64,000 bases of DNA, from contig JAMDHS010000027.1 in the NCBI GenBank assembly GCA_029717555.1, positions 62,001 to 126,000 of the forward strand, in the 5' to 3' direction. Below the pieces are notes generated by a model. The model made no database searches. It was not told the DNA's origin and saw only the letters and a program-made list of their open reading frames with translations. The DNA comes from Peribolospora baueri (Eukaryota). Shown here piece after piece: positions 24,892-38,032 of this stretch. Every line of letters starts with the position of its first letter. Position 1 is the stretch's first letter. The translations under genes and the position numbers were made by a program.

Positions 24892-27800
24892 TCAGTACGC
24901 GGGATACTTTCGATGAGCGAATTGGTCCTGTGGGTGCAATGTCGTCGTTGAAGAAATGGGAAGGGAAGCTCCACCGTGAGCCCTCGCATCAACATCAGCT
25001 TCTCGAGAACAGCTACTTGCCCATCTAATGGACTCACCCACGGTTTATCCGAGTTTGTGTATTTCTCCACCGGCCTCCTCCAAGTGGCCATTTCACTCGC
25101 CTCTCGCTTCGCCGCTTGCTCGTCCGCCGAAAGTGGCAGGACGACTCCGAGCTCCCAGTTGCTACAGCTGATACTTGGCGAGTCGGCGGTGCCGGTCAAT
25201 CTGCCCCTGGGGAAGAGGCAGTTTGTAGTGAAGAAAAAAAAATACGCGGAGTAAAGTGACTGAGGTCAGATCTACTTCTTCACAGGAAGACAAAATTGAA
25301 CGCTCACCAGGCGGCAGCTGTCAAATTATGACTGCCAACGTAGAGCCATCCTAGAGGGATACATTTTGGGGCCGATCTTTGGCCTTTCGTCTCTGCTGTC
25401 GCAAGAGCCGGCCCAACATCCTCATCCGTCTCGCTGTCGTCGTCCAATACCACCGCCTCCGTCGCATGATCTTTGCCGGCCACCGATCCCGGCGTCTCAG
25501 CCCCCAAGCGTGGGTGCAGCTGGGCGAGGATCATCTTGAGGAAACAAATGGTCGCGAACGACGGATAAAGGTCAACTTCCGCTCTCTCCTTGCCCAGAAT
25601 AAGGCGCAGAAGATAATGTCAATGACGAAAAAAAGCCAACCAAGACGCACTTTGACGTGCATGAGCACATTTCCCCTCTTACTTTTAGGGCAATACCAAA
25701 GATGTTTCGGGAAGCTTTGACGGGGAAGGGAAGCAAGAGACAAAAGTATGGTAGCAATGAGCGAACAAGGCCAGTGCGCCATGGTGAAGGAGAGTGAACG
25801 AGGGATGGGCTGGGTACACACTCCGGTTTCTGAAAATTGGAGTTGCTGGCTGCTCGAAATAATCGCATAGAGGAAAAAGGAAAGATCGAAAAGGAACGCC
25901 CACGCGCGAAGGAACCGACGATCAATAAAGCGAGACCATGAGAATCGAAGCGGGATCACCTGTCCCGCGTACAGCGCAAGAGACTGATTGCACAAAGCGG
26001 ACGCAGGCAACGAGACGATCGGCTCGGCCCTCAGCAGTACGTCCAAGACTCACCAAAGAAGGTGCCGCCGCCACCGGGACCGAGAATACTCTCCTCGATG
26101 ACGAACTTCTTCGTAGGGAAGAGAATCTTCACGTTCGGCCATCCCTTCAATTCCTTCGTGGACTCGTCCATCGTCAGGCTCTCCGAAGATCCCGTTTGTC
26201 CTTTTGCACCGCTGCCGCCGCGAAAATGGGTTAATAGAAATGCTTGCCCGCCCCTCTTGCTCAAGGCGATGTTTCGGAGAAGAGAGTTCTTGTGGTCAAA
26301 CCACTGAGAGAGAGGAATCCCGGTGGCCGCGGCGTGGATAAGGGCCAAGAAAGCTGCGTCCGCATTGCCTGTCGACGAACCCTATGAAGGGAGACGAACG
26401 GATGGGCGGAACGAGGTGAACAGGGGCCTAGCGCGTGCGTGCGGGCGCCGAGGGAGAACGCGCCGATGAAGGAGCGAGCGCTTTTGAGCGACGGCAACCC
26501 ACCTGGCATTCTAGCGAGACCCGACCATTCAACTCCTCTTCACCGCACCATCCAATCTGCCTGACGACAAATCCCAACCTCCCAGCACCGACCTCACAAA
26601 CCTCGCGCTCTCCCTTTCTCTGCCCAGGCAGACTCGCCACAATCGTCGCCTTTGCCTTGGAGAAATCGTATCCGCGGGAGAGAATGGGGAGGGCTGGGTG
26701 GGACGCGGGCAGAGAGAGCGAACGAAGGACGGCGAGAAGTTGGTTTTGAAAGTCCGTACGCGGGCGAGGTGGAGATGAAGGAGTGGGGGGGGAAAGGGCG
26801 GGGAAATCTTGAATGAATACGCACTGGTCCATGAGATAGAGAAAATGGAAGGGGTGCGGCCAAGAGAAGAAGAAAAGAATGTAGAATGAGCGAGGACAAC
26901 GAAGGGCCGTTGGCGACGGGGGAGAAGACTGACGTTCTCGATTTCGTCCCAGTCGTACGGTACGAAGTTTCCGGTCATGATGGCGACGCGGAGGTAATCG
27001 GGGTGGAAGAGCTGTCGGAAGAGACCGCCAAGAAGTGCTGATTGGTATGGCGGGCCATCAAGAGCGCAGAAGGGGAGGGAGCTCACTAGCATAAACTTCA
27101 TATGCATCACTCCATAACTCCTCTGTCCGCCAGGTTTGCGCGGAACGACGATCCCCCATCCTGGGAATTCTTCACTCTGGAAGAAGCCTGGCTCAGAGTC
27201 TTTGGGAGGATCGACGATCATGGTGACGGTGGTATGGGAGGGAAAGTGAGAGCGGACGAAGGCTGCGTCGGTGCAGAACGAGGATACGACCGCTGATAGG
27301 AGGTCTGAAGTCTGTGAAGGCGAGTGCGGGGTGAGAGGAGATGAGGCGGAAATGCGGACGACGACGACGACGACTAGTGGGAGGGGAAGGAAAGGAGAAA
27401 GAGGACACACATCGCCGATGATGTCTTTGAACTTGACGTTCTCCTCGCTCGAACTGGGCACCAGACTGCTGTAGCTCGACTGTTTCGTCGATGGTCGGCA
27501 AGAGAGAGAGAGAGAAACGAGTGGGAGAAGGCAGTCAACGGCCATTCACAACAGTCGGAAGCCGAACGAAGCAAGGGAACGCACCTTGAGCGCGCCTTCC
27601 CAATACCTCACGTCTTCCATCCTCGCCTTACCTTTTCCTTTGGCACCAGAAGCCGCCGAAGCGCCCATGACCGACGATGAGGACGGCGCGGAAGGCCCTA
27701 CGGACGGGAGGCGCCTGTCAGGATAGATCCGTCTCTGCCTCTTGCTCGCCGCCGTCGCGCCTGTTGTCTTCGCAGCGTCCGTCGCCGATGAAGAAGCCAA

Positions 27801-28262
27801 ACCTGGATCGCCGTCGCCGTCGTGCGAGTCGGTGACGCCTCGCTTCCGGGCTAGTCGCTCCAACCGAGCGGCCTCCAAAGCAGCTCGCTCCTGAAGAAAA
27901 CTCTGCGCTCCTCCTTCTCCTCCTCCTCCACTTCCCACCTTTCCCGACGCTTCGGTGTCGCTTTCTGAAGTCATCGCATTCTGGATAGAGGCCGGGGCCG
28001 GGAGCGGTGTAGAGCGGGAGGCAAGGGCGGAAGAAAGGGGCGACGGACGGGGTTGGGAGGGCTTACTGGCAAGAGGGCGGGGAGAAGCGGACGGCGTGCG
28101 AGAGAGCACGTCGGCGCGAGTAGGCTTATTGAGTCGACGACGTCCAGCTTTCTCCCCATCGTCCTCGTCCTTCTCGATCGCCTCGGCATGGCTCGACGGA
28201 GACTCGTCGTCGGTTCGATCAGAGTCGTCGTCGGATATCGCAATCACCTCTGGTGGTGGCAT
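24892..28262 (-). CDS. TDP1: Tyrosyl-DNA phosphodiesterase 1 (PLD superfamily)
   Basis: Two HxK motifs (GVMHMKFML, VLMHVKMIL), LRVAIMTGN...DWDEIEN, ECQGSS, GWLYVGSHNLTAAAWG, SNWELGVVLP. N-terminal VIAISDDD. Includes a 28-nt exon at 25849-25822; last exon 24927-24892. Confidence 0.92.
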
Positions 28263-28673
28263 GCCGTAAAGCGGGCTATGGGTGCGCTCAAAAGTTCGAT
28301 CTAATGTAGTCCGAATGGGCAGGCCCCGCGACCAAGTGATGGCTGGTCGAGGAAAACGGTGAAGTGATGATGTGCACGCATACATAGGAATGGGGACCGC
28401 GGCCACTTGTCGTTCTAGGATCACGACTCGAGCTACTGAGACCGTCGCGGGGTGGTTGCCGCAGCAGGTCCACGATGCTCTCTCTCTCCCAGGAAAGGCC
28501 GAAGGGGAGTGACGAGCCTTGTTTTGTCTGCGTCGCGTGCTGTGTACATACATGCGATGTAGAGGAGGCATGGTATAGTCGCAGAAAAAGCAAGGCGTCT
28601 GGCTACAATAAAGAGCGCGGCCACACCGGTCATCTGAGGAGAACGTCCCCCTCCCTCCGTTGGACCCTCCACT

Positions 28674-30399
28674 TCACTCCCAATCGCTATCCTCCTCCTC
28701 CACCTCTGCCGTCGCCTCCTTCAACGCCATCCTTTCCTTCTCCTTCTCCTTGTCCGACGCTTGTCCCGCGCTACCTGTCCTGCTAGCGTCTCCACTCCTC
28801 GCGCCCACCACGTCGTAGCTCTCCGACGAATTCCGGCTGGACGCCGAGGGAGAGGTCACGCCTGCGCCCGCGCTAGCGTCGGCGAGCGTTTTAGACGGGG
28901 ACGTAGAGGCGGCCAGATCGACCGGACGGGAGGGGGGGCTGTCCTCGAGAGCGGGAGGAGGAGGCTTGGAGATGGAAAAGTTGCGAGGATGGCGCCCGGG
29001 CCTCGCAGCAGGTTTGGCGGGCTCCGCCGTCGGAGCGACGCTTGCGCCCTCGCCGTCGTCATCTGACCAGTCAAAGTCATCATCGAACGAGTGTTTTTGC
29101 GACGCTGCGGAAGGGGACGTACAAAGAGGAAGAGAGAACGCGTGAGCGAATCGGCGCGCGTTTGCCCGGACGGGCGACCGTCCCGATGTACACACCTTCG
29201 AGAATCTGTTTTCGCCTGGCTTCAGCCTCAGTCGCGGCAGCGGACGCCCTGTCCGACGCGGCCACGGACACCTGGCTCGGATCGGGGCAAGACTCGGTAG
29301 GCGTCGAAGTGGCACGATAGTCGTCGGGCGCCTCTTGCTCACTCTTGTCCAACGCATCGAAGAGCACTTCCTTCTCCTTTCCCTTCTCGCTCTCCCCACC
29401 GTCATCGCGAGCAGCTGGCTGTCGTCCCGTGTGCTCTTCAGGCGGCACGAGACGAAAGAAACCTTGCTCTCCGTGCTCCTTCCACAGAGCGTCGATCTCC
29501 TCACCCCGAGCCTTGACCCATTCCTCGCTCACGTGCAAATACTGTTCGGCGAGATGCCGACTCTCCTGGACATCAAGATGAGGAATGTGGCTCTGGATGT
29601 TGGCGGCAATCGTCGCCAATAGCTGTTGCGGCTTAGGCCTTTCCTTTTCGTCCCCTGAACCTTCCGTCGTCGTGAGCGTTGCGAGAGAGGAGGACAACGT
29701 ACGCTGGAGCTGTTGCACGTTTGCGTTCGACGACAGCTGGTTTGAGATGCGAGCGAAGAAGGACGTAGTCTGGGAGGCAGTTGAGTCCGACCGGCCGGGG
29801 GCGCTAGACTCGGCCGCTACGGAGCCCGTGGCCACATCGACGCCCGTCGTTTCCGACGCCGAAGGGACGTCCGTCTCCGCGTCAGACGCCGTCGGCCCTG
29901 CTTCCGCCGATCGAGAGACCTGGGCAATCTCTTCCTGTTTCCGATTCAGCCGCTCCATCTCCGCCTTGGCCCTTCCCACAAGCGCCTCGACCTGTGGTCC
30001 GGCCTGATTTTGGGCTGCAGCGGCCTGTTTTTGTGCGTACTCGAGAGCGGCTTGGGACTGGTGATGGGAGAGTGAGAAGGGAGGAGCGAGGGGTCGTGAG
30101 AAAACGCGTGACGGTCCGAGTCTCGCTCGCTCGCGGATGACAAGAAGCTCTGCGATATCACAGCGCGATGAAGATGACCGTAGAGCGCAACGGGCTGAGC
30201 CGGCGTCCGAATGAAGAGCAATGCGGGCGGTGCGCACCTGTTTCCGAAAGCCTCCCCAGAGAGAGGACAAGCCCTGCTTCAACTGACGCATCTCCTCGTC
30301 CAGTTCCATGCGAGAGCTCGTAAGCGCCTCGGAGCGGCTCTGCTGACGCTGAGCGTCGTCATTGTCGGCGATGGCCTCGGTGAATGCGTAAATGTCCAT
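28674..30399 (-). CDS. Dos2/BSD-family-like protein; exons 30399-30238, 30057-29196, 29104-28674
   Basis: MDIY start, LSSLWGGFRKQ|SQAALE, EAEARRKQILE|ASQK...DDDFDWSDDD, SSESYDVV and terminal EEEDSDWE resemble fungal Dos2-type proteins as I recall them. The BSD core FW-x-RYF was not found. The gene model is more certain than the family call. Confidence 0.6.
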
Positions 30400-31669
30400 G
30401 GTGAGCCAGACGGTTACCTCGAACGCTGAGGAGGAGAGGGGGATCGACGACGGCGGCCGCTATCTAATGATCGGTCCGTCGCGTGCCTGCTGCGGCTACG
30501 GGTGTCAGAACCGCTCGCCCCTTTTTAACCGCGTACTTCGTCCCTACGTGCGGCTGGCCACGACGAACGAACGATGGACCAGTATCGGCCGGACATGAGC
30601 GAGGAGGTGCATCGATGGAAGAGGCTCCTCGTCGAGACGGGCAGGTGGAAGCGACCAGAACGGGGTGAGGGTGGCGGAGGTGTAACAGTAGATCGCCCTG
30701 ACAGCACTATGACCGGCGCAACGCGGCAGAGGCCGTATTTCTGATATGGTACATCCTCGACCGTTCCAACACCGCTTCGGCCTTGCATAGGTTGGGCGGC
30801 TCGACTGGAGTGACTGACCATGCACAACTTGGACCTCGGAGCTTGCAGGTTGCGCACGCAACCGAAGCGCCAGCACTGATAACGCCGTCCAAGTCACCAG
30901 CGTCTACTAAAGTCAGGAAGCAGGCAGGTCCAATAAATATGTTCTGGGTTCTGGGACTCCTACATTCAAATGATAGTGTCGCTGAAGGCACCGCCTGAAT
31001 CGCGCGCTTCAACTTGCTCGTCGACTTCCGAACAAATGGCGGATCCGACCGAGCCGCCCTCTACCTTCGCTACCGGCCGCCAAGCCGAGCGTTTTCCTCT
31101 CCTCCATCTCCTCCGTCACTTCTCTACTCTTTCCTTTCCCCTCCCTCCCCGTCGTGCCTCCTCCGGGACGCGGACCCGGTCCTCCGCTCCCCCTTGGACC
31201 AGGGCGTGGTCGTTTGACAACTGATTGTGGAAATGGCCGATTTTTGATTCTTCTTGCCATTTCAAGTCGTTGTGGAGGCTTTGGAGGACTGGTAGGACGT
31301 CATCCTGCGCATGACGGAGAGCCTGGCCGATAATGACGAAGGCGACGACGGCTTGAAGAGGATCGCTAAGATCGACGTGTTGTCACCTAGCTGACCTTCT
31401 CCAAGGAAGTCGAACGGCAGGGGAACGGCAGGGGAACGGCAGCCGAACGGATCTGATGGATAAACGAAAACAACAGGACGACGTATCGGATCGGCGCTCG
31501 TATCTCATAACGACGCTTCTTTTCACTTACGATGCCATTGTCTGGAGAAGACAAAAATGCGCATCTTTGCGTCCTCAACCGCGAACCCGACAATGGCAAA
31601 GTTGACGCAGCCTGCTCTCTGATGCGAGAGAAGAGCTGTTGCTGCTAACGTTATTGCGCCTTTACGGGG

Positions 31670-32957
31670 TCATGCGTTTGACGGACCAGGGCGTCGAGCG
31701 CTGTCGAGCGAGCCTCTTTTCGACTCGCCAATGCCTGCCGCGAACACCCAGCTTCTGTCAGACGATGGCGTCAGTGGTGTCACGTAGAGAGGAAGCGCGG
31801 GTCCGGAGGAGAACCAGGATGCTGCCGAGCTAAGGAGATCAGCAGGTCGAATAGGGGCCGATTCTTCAAATTCCTTCACGACGAGCAGGTTGTCTGGCCG
31901 GATTGATCCGATGTCGACGGCCTCTGTGGTTGCCTAGGCCGGTACGGGCATGTGCAAGGTCTGCTCAGGCCTTGCCAATGTCGAGGAGGAACCTAATAAG
32001 CATCCAGTGATGGCCAGTGAACGGAAGAGGCACCAACTTACCTCCAATCCAGGTAGGGACGTGTACCGCCTGCTGCCATGTAGCTCATTTAATGTGGCAA
32101 TGTACCGGAGGTTATCTTGTCGATAATCTTGAAAATGTGAACCCAGATGGACCTCGGTGATTGAATAATTAAATCACCCGGCGGATCCCTCCGGTCTGCT
32201 CTAGGGTCGTCTCGGGCGAGTGATCCTGCGTCCGCATTGAAATGATTGCGTTGCCGTTGTGTTTCAAGGCTAGCTCTCAAGTCATTGGCATGACGCCCCT
32301 AGACCGTGAGAGAATGGGCGACCAAGACAGAAGTAATAAGTAATGGGCACTGACGAGTCAGAGAAAGCATGAGATGGATAGCGAACACTGCATACATCGA
32401 ATATGTCTAGGCGTATTTTGCGGTTGATATCCACGAGCTTCCTGGCCAGGCCGTACATCGATGTCGGAGGATGTATGCCGTTGATGTCGAACTCATTTGG
32501 CGACATCTCAACGACATTCCTCGCGTTGATCCAGGCATTATAATCGTTCCGTTCAGATGCGGCCCTGTGAGTGCGAGAAAAAAAAAGCATGCGCAGGGAA
32601 GTAGTCCCAGGCGAGAGTGGGAGGGAAAGGATGACAATAGAGCTGAACAGCCCAGGGAGCGGTTCACTTGGTTGCCTTGAGGAACGAATTCACCGAGTGG
32701 GACGAGGTAGGTCGGGTTAAAATAAGCGCGAAAGATCAGAAGAGTCGGTGAGAAGCGGAGGAACGAAAAGAGAGAAAGATTTAGGCAAACTGGTGAGAAG
32801 AGGGAAGAAATGATCTCGCCGGCCCACATTCGTCAGACCATTTTATAGGACCATCGATGTGCTCGACCGCCCGGTCGACACAACAAAACAACTGGGCAAG
32901 CTTGCTGGTCGTTCGGGCCTTGATTATAGACCTTATTTTGTCCACCGTCATCGGCAT
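31670..32957 (-). pseudogene. Candidate lineage-specific multi-exon gene or gene relic, product unknown; putative exons 32957-32839, 32564-32396, 32298-32089(or 32042), 31933-31670
   Basis: Phase-compatible GT-AG junctions join MPMTVDKIRSII...GPIKW|AASERNDYNAWINARNVVEMSP...DIFD|GRHANDLRASLE...PH*. A downstream GTAAGT donor at 32041 and a further exon need a frameshift near 32095. No recognisable domain. Confidence 0.3.
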
Positions 32958-34462
32958 CACGTCGTTTTCGACTTGCGAGAGAATGAACGAGGCTCGGTGC
33001 CTGATCGGGAGGGAGTGAAGGATGGAATGGCAGGCAGATGTCGACGTCGTGGGTAGCAGAGGAAGGAGGCCGGGTCGAATGAAAGCGCTTCGGTTTTATT
33101 CGTCTGCGCTGGTCCGAGTGCAATTGTAAGTGTCCACCGTTCGCACTCGCGACTGCGTACCAAGACGAGACAAAGATCTGTCTGAGACGGTCTTTATCGT
33201 CTTTGCTTCTGCGTGCCTTTATCGGTAGGGTCTGTCATTTAGCGGACTGCGGCGGAGTGTAGATAAGACGGCGAAGGCGCAAAGGGGGGTCGACACTGTA
33301 TTCGATTCGAACATGGAGCATGCCCTTCGAGCTTGCGTTTCGTCCTGTCGTCCTGATCCCCTCTCGTCCGGCCCGTTGTCGTCCTTCGCCCCCGCCGCTC
33401 CTCGGGCAATCGCTCGACATGCCAACTACGTAGAGCGCATTCTAACTTTATCTACGCCCGACGGGATCAGACGACGTCGTATGGCACGAGTCCTTCCAGA
33501 CCAGACTACCGCCGTCCGCTCGCCAACGTCATCAGCCGAAGACAGTCGAGTCGACCGAAAAGCGGCGCGCACACGCACCGGCCGATCGGGTTCGCGCTTT
33601 GCTTCCTTCCTTCTATGCGGGTCCACATGCCCGTCTTTCTTTTCTTCTGCGACGTCGGAGAGAGAGAGACCTGGGTTGCACCGCCACTCGACCCTCGCTG
33701 GATACGATCCTCTCCTCCGCTCTTGTCTCACCACAGCGCCTCCTTCCCGCATCCCGTAAGCAGGCTGCAGCATCATCGTCTTCTCGTGTCCATCCAGTCA
33801 GTACCCACTCGCTTCTGATTTCCCTTTCTCCTAACCCTCATCACGGCCACCGTTATTTCGAAACAGCCGACACATGGCGGCTGGGGTTGGGATTAAAAGA
33901 AAGAGAAGAGCCGAGGCGAGGCGAGGGAGGGGCGCGCAAGATGGTGTATGCGTGTATTGTATGTAACTCTACTGTACGGGCAGCGCCCGGCTCCGCGTAG
34001 CTAGCTAGTGGACCGAGGGCATCGAAAGGGATGGTTAGTAGGGATGACGAGGAACTGGTTGGGTGGCAGCCGAAGGGGCGAATTTGCCGCGATACGCATA
34101 CACGCGGCGGTTGGCTCGATATCGAGTGGGAGGGAGGGAGGGAGGGGGACGGAGAGGAGAGGAGAGGAGAGGAGAGGAGAGGATGGTTCCGTGAACGGGA
34201 GGAAGGAAGGCAGCGGGGAGCGGAAAGGAAATAAAAAGTGGAGGTGGCTGCGATGGAGACGGCGAGGATGCCGCATCGATGACGATGACGACGACCCCGA
34301 GCGAGCGAGCGAGCGAGGCGGCCAAGGCGACCGAGAACGGCGAGCGCGAAGCAAAGCGAAAGCAAACGCCGTCGATTCGTCGAGTCGGAGTCGAGTCGGC
34401 TGTCCCGTCAGCCGTCGGTACCTTCCTTGTACACGCCCGCCCTCGGCTCCGACAGACCATCC

Positions 34463-34720
34463 ACTCCACAGGGACATTCTGACCGGCCTGGATGCCTCAG
34501 CAACCTGGGCAATTCACTGCGAACACGCTTCGAGCGCCTCAGCAACCTCGGCGATTCGCTGCAAACGCGCTTCGAGCGCCTCGGGGACATGGACGACCTC
34601 GACGCTTCCATCTCGAATCTAAAGCAAGCGGTAGACCTCACTCCCCATGGACATTCTGAGCGGCCTGGGCACCTCAACAACCTCGGCAATTCGCTGCGAA
34701 TGCGCTTCGGTCGCCTCGGG
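34463..34720 (+). pseudogene. Isolated fragment of TPR-like repeats of the fungal TPR-CHAT protein type
   Basis: Translates TPQGHSDRPGCLSNLGNSLRTRFERL-SNLGDSLQTRFERLGDMDDLDASISNLKQAVDLTPHGHSERPGHLNNLGNSLRMRFGRLG, the characteristic repeat found N-terminal to CHAT domains. No upstream in-frame ATG and no CHAT domain nearby. Confidence 0.8.
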
Positions 34721-37700
34721 CTCGACACGTCATGCGAAAGGTCTACAACGGCTCGAGCCGAGCACCGTCTCATTGTGGGTCACACTACCCGCAATACCAA
34801 CTTTATTCGCCTACTTCGCAGCAGAATCTGACTCCCACTCCCCTCGCCCTCCCTGATGGACGACTTCTTCTGTTCATCATTTCAGCTCAACCTCCACAAG
34901 CTGCAATACCGAAACGATGAGCCAGTCTGCGTCCTCTGACACCTCTTCGCAGTTGGCCGGGCTCGCCGCTGTTTGTGCACAAGTCGCAGTCAAGCTTTGT
35001 CACTAGAGCTAATATTTTAAGACGAGCCCAGTCCAGCACGGACGGAGCGATACTCAACAGTCTAAATCCGTCAAAGTTATCGCAGAGCCTCTGCGCGAGA
35101 AGCTGTACTCAGAAGAGAATACACGCTGTGACGCGTTGGCGCCAACTCCCTTTGTCCTCTTCCTTGTATCTACGTTCCTTTGTGATCGTCCCTTGTTCTA
35201 TGATGCCTTGTTCTAGTATTGGGACAAACGTTCACCAATTCCTCACGGTAGGCTTCATGTATATAAGGAGCTCTACTATGGAACTGAAGAGGATGGGGCA
35301 AGGATGTTTCCCCGTCCTTTCAACATCCCAAGTGCAGCTTCGCATCCTATATCCACGTCCGTCCATTCTTTCCATATTCGCTCGGTTGGTATCCATCGCA
35401 TCGCAAGCCAAGGCGAGCGGAGCGCTCTTGCTCGCCATAGCCGCCCGCGAGGGGTTTATGCGGTGGAGAATGTAAGTATGTACGAGACACTGCTCTGCGG
35501 GCTCGAACTGGAATCTGGATAGAGAACGTGGGCGATACAGAGGAAAGGAGAGGAGGGGACGAAGAGAAGAGGGCGTAGGCAGACACTCGAGCGTCTGTCT
35601 GTCTGTCACGCCGGTGCGAGTCTCGGGAGACGACACCAAGGTCGAGGAAGAAGAGCAAATAAAAACAAAAGCACAAGCCGGCGCGGGGCGGGGCGGCGGG
35701 CTAGGGCGGCCGTTGGCCCGGAGCCTGGCTGACGCTTGTCGGCTCTGCTCTTGGGTGAACGTGGCCTGGCTTCGCTTCAATTCGCATCCATCTGCCCCGG
35801 ACGGGACCGGACGGCGGGATGAAGGGAAGGAGATAAGTCTCCGCCCGACGGCGGATCGTTGGAAAGATGGGGGGTGAATGCGTGACGTTCGTTTCGTCCG
35901 CGGTTCAAGGCCCAACCAAGCCTAGCCTACGCGACGCTCCTCTCCTCATTTCCAGTGCTCGCACCGCAACGCAGCGGCAACGACGCGACCCGACCTCGCT
36001 CCATCCACCCCGGAGTGAGATCAGGCGGCGAGATGAAGTGGGCGCGTGGGCGGACGCGCGGTCTGTGCATGCGGCACGCACGTTCGTGGGCAACGACGAC
36101 CACGACCGCCGTGGACGGGAGGACGGACGACGACGATGGGCGGTGCTGCAGTCTTGGAGACTGAAACGGGCCAAAATACGGTGCGGCGTAGTAGTACGAT
36201 AGGCCCAGACGCGCGCATGGATGGACCAGAGCATGTTGGACGAGGACGAGGACGACGATCACTCTTCTTGCATCTGTCTGTCTACATACGGTATAGGTAC
36301 AGCGCCCGTTCCAGAGCGGCGAAAGAGCGGGCCGGCGACGGCGGCAAGGACAGCGAGGACAGCTGCGACGGTGCGAAGCTAACTAGCGAGATGGTCGCAA
36401 TGATTGTCGCTAATGGGGTGGCACGCAGCAGCAGCAGCAGCAGCAGCCGCAGCAGCAGCCCCTGGAGTGCGCGGTCGCCGAACTTGGAGCGACTGCGACA
36501 GACTAGACAGACACGTGTTGGTCCGAGCTCGCTTTGCAAACGCCGCTGCAGGGCTCGGTGGCGCGGAAGGAGACGGTGGCGCGGAAGGAGATGGGCGACG
36601 GCACAGGGCAGGAAAAGGTCGACAAGGTGGCAGGACAGGCGAGAAGAGAGTTCGTTAGCGTCGGGCCGCCGTGACGGGTCCGCTAACCAAGATCCTACGG
36701 GGCCGCGGTCGCCTTGCATACATGCAATGGTGGTAGTGGTGGTAGTACATAGTACAGTTACTGTAGTAGCAAACGGGGACGCGACAAGGCGTGGCAATGC
36801 GTTCATGCGGATGGACGTACGCGGACTAAGAGGCTAGCCCAAAATAAGTCGAGTGGCTTGGTCGATGTGAACTTTGCTGCTGCTGGTGCCAGCGAGCGGA
36901 CCCGTCGGCGCCTTCGCTTCGCTTCGGTGGGTGTGCCTCGGCCCCGCGGCCGTGTCTGTGTCTCGCCTGCGAGCGCGCATGAGATGGAGGACTGCTCGCC
37001 GTCGCTCGTCGTTGGTGCGACCGGGCCGGCTCGAGCTGGAGCTGGAGCTGGCGTTGGCGTTGGATCGCGCCTCGCTCGCTCGCTCGCTCTTCTTCCTCTC
37101 ATTATGTGTCGTCGTCGTCCATTTAGACGCGCTCGCGCTTTGCCGCCGCCCGTATACGCGCTCGCTCGCGCGCGACCCTGAACAAGTAAAGTAACCGCCG
37201 ACGCGCTCGATCGTCGTCGTCTTAGTCGGTCGCCGCCCTCGCCTCCCTTGCACAGCATCGCCCCGCCGCCCCACCTCGCTTTCCCCGAACACTCGTGGGT
37301 CGCACTCGACTCGGCGCCGCCGCGCCTCGGCAGCCGCTGTTCCTGTCACCGGACGGCTTGTCGCGAGGCAGACTAGCACGAGACGCGACACGACGGCGGA
37401 CTCGGTCCAGTTTATCGCTGCACGGTCCGTCATGCCCTCCGTCGCCGTCTCGCTCGTCCCATCTCGTCCCGGACGGCTTGCCTCGCTCGGCCCGAGACGG
37501 ACGTGGCGGCGCTCGCCCGCTCGTCGCTTGGTGGGACGGACGGACGTCGGTCCAGTCCGACTGGCGATGACCGACTGGCGGGGCGATGTGGGGTACACCG
37601 GACGGACGGACGGACGGACGACGGACTGGCCGGCGGCCTGGCCTGGCCTGGTCTGTGGCCTTGCCTCGCCTGTCTGGCCGACCCTGCTTGACTCGACGGC

Positions 37701-37985
37701 CGGCTAGCGCCGCGTCACCGCGTCAACGCCTTGCCATCGTCCTCTTAACTGTCTCCACCTCACGCACAGCCTTCTCTTCCTCTCCACCACCCCCCCTCCG
37801 ACCTCCCCCTCCCTCCCCTCCCCTCCCCTCCCCTCTCCCTCCTCTTCCTTCTTCTTCTCCTTCTCCCCCTTTTCTTTTTCTTTCCTCCCCCTCTCGCGCC
37901 AGCGACGCCCGCTCCTGCCCGCTCCTCTTTCTTCTCCTTCCCCTTTTCCACACCGCCCTTTCCTGCGCATCCTCCTCTGTCTAGG

Positions 37986-38032
37986 GTGAGTGAGTGAGTG
38001 AGTGAGTGAGTGAGTGAGTGAGTGAGTGAGTG
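37986..38032 (+). repeat. (GTGA)n tetranucleotide microsatellite, about 11.75 units
   Basis: Read directly: GTGAGTGAGTGA...GTG, following a long pyrimidine tract. Confidence 0.95.
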
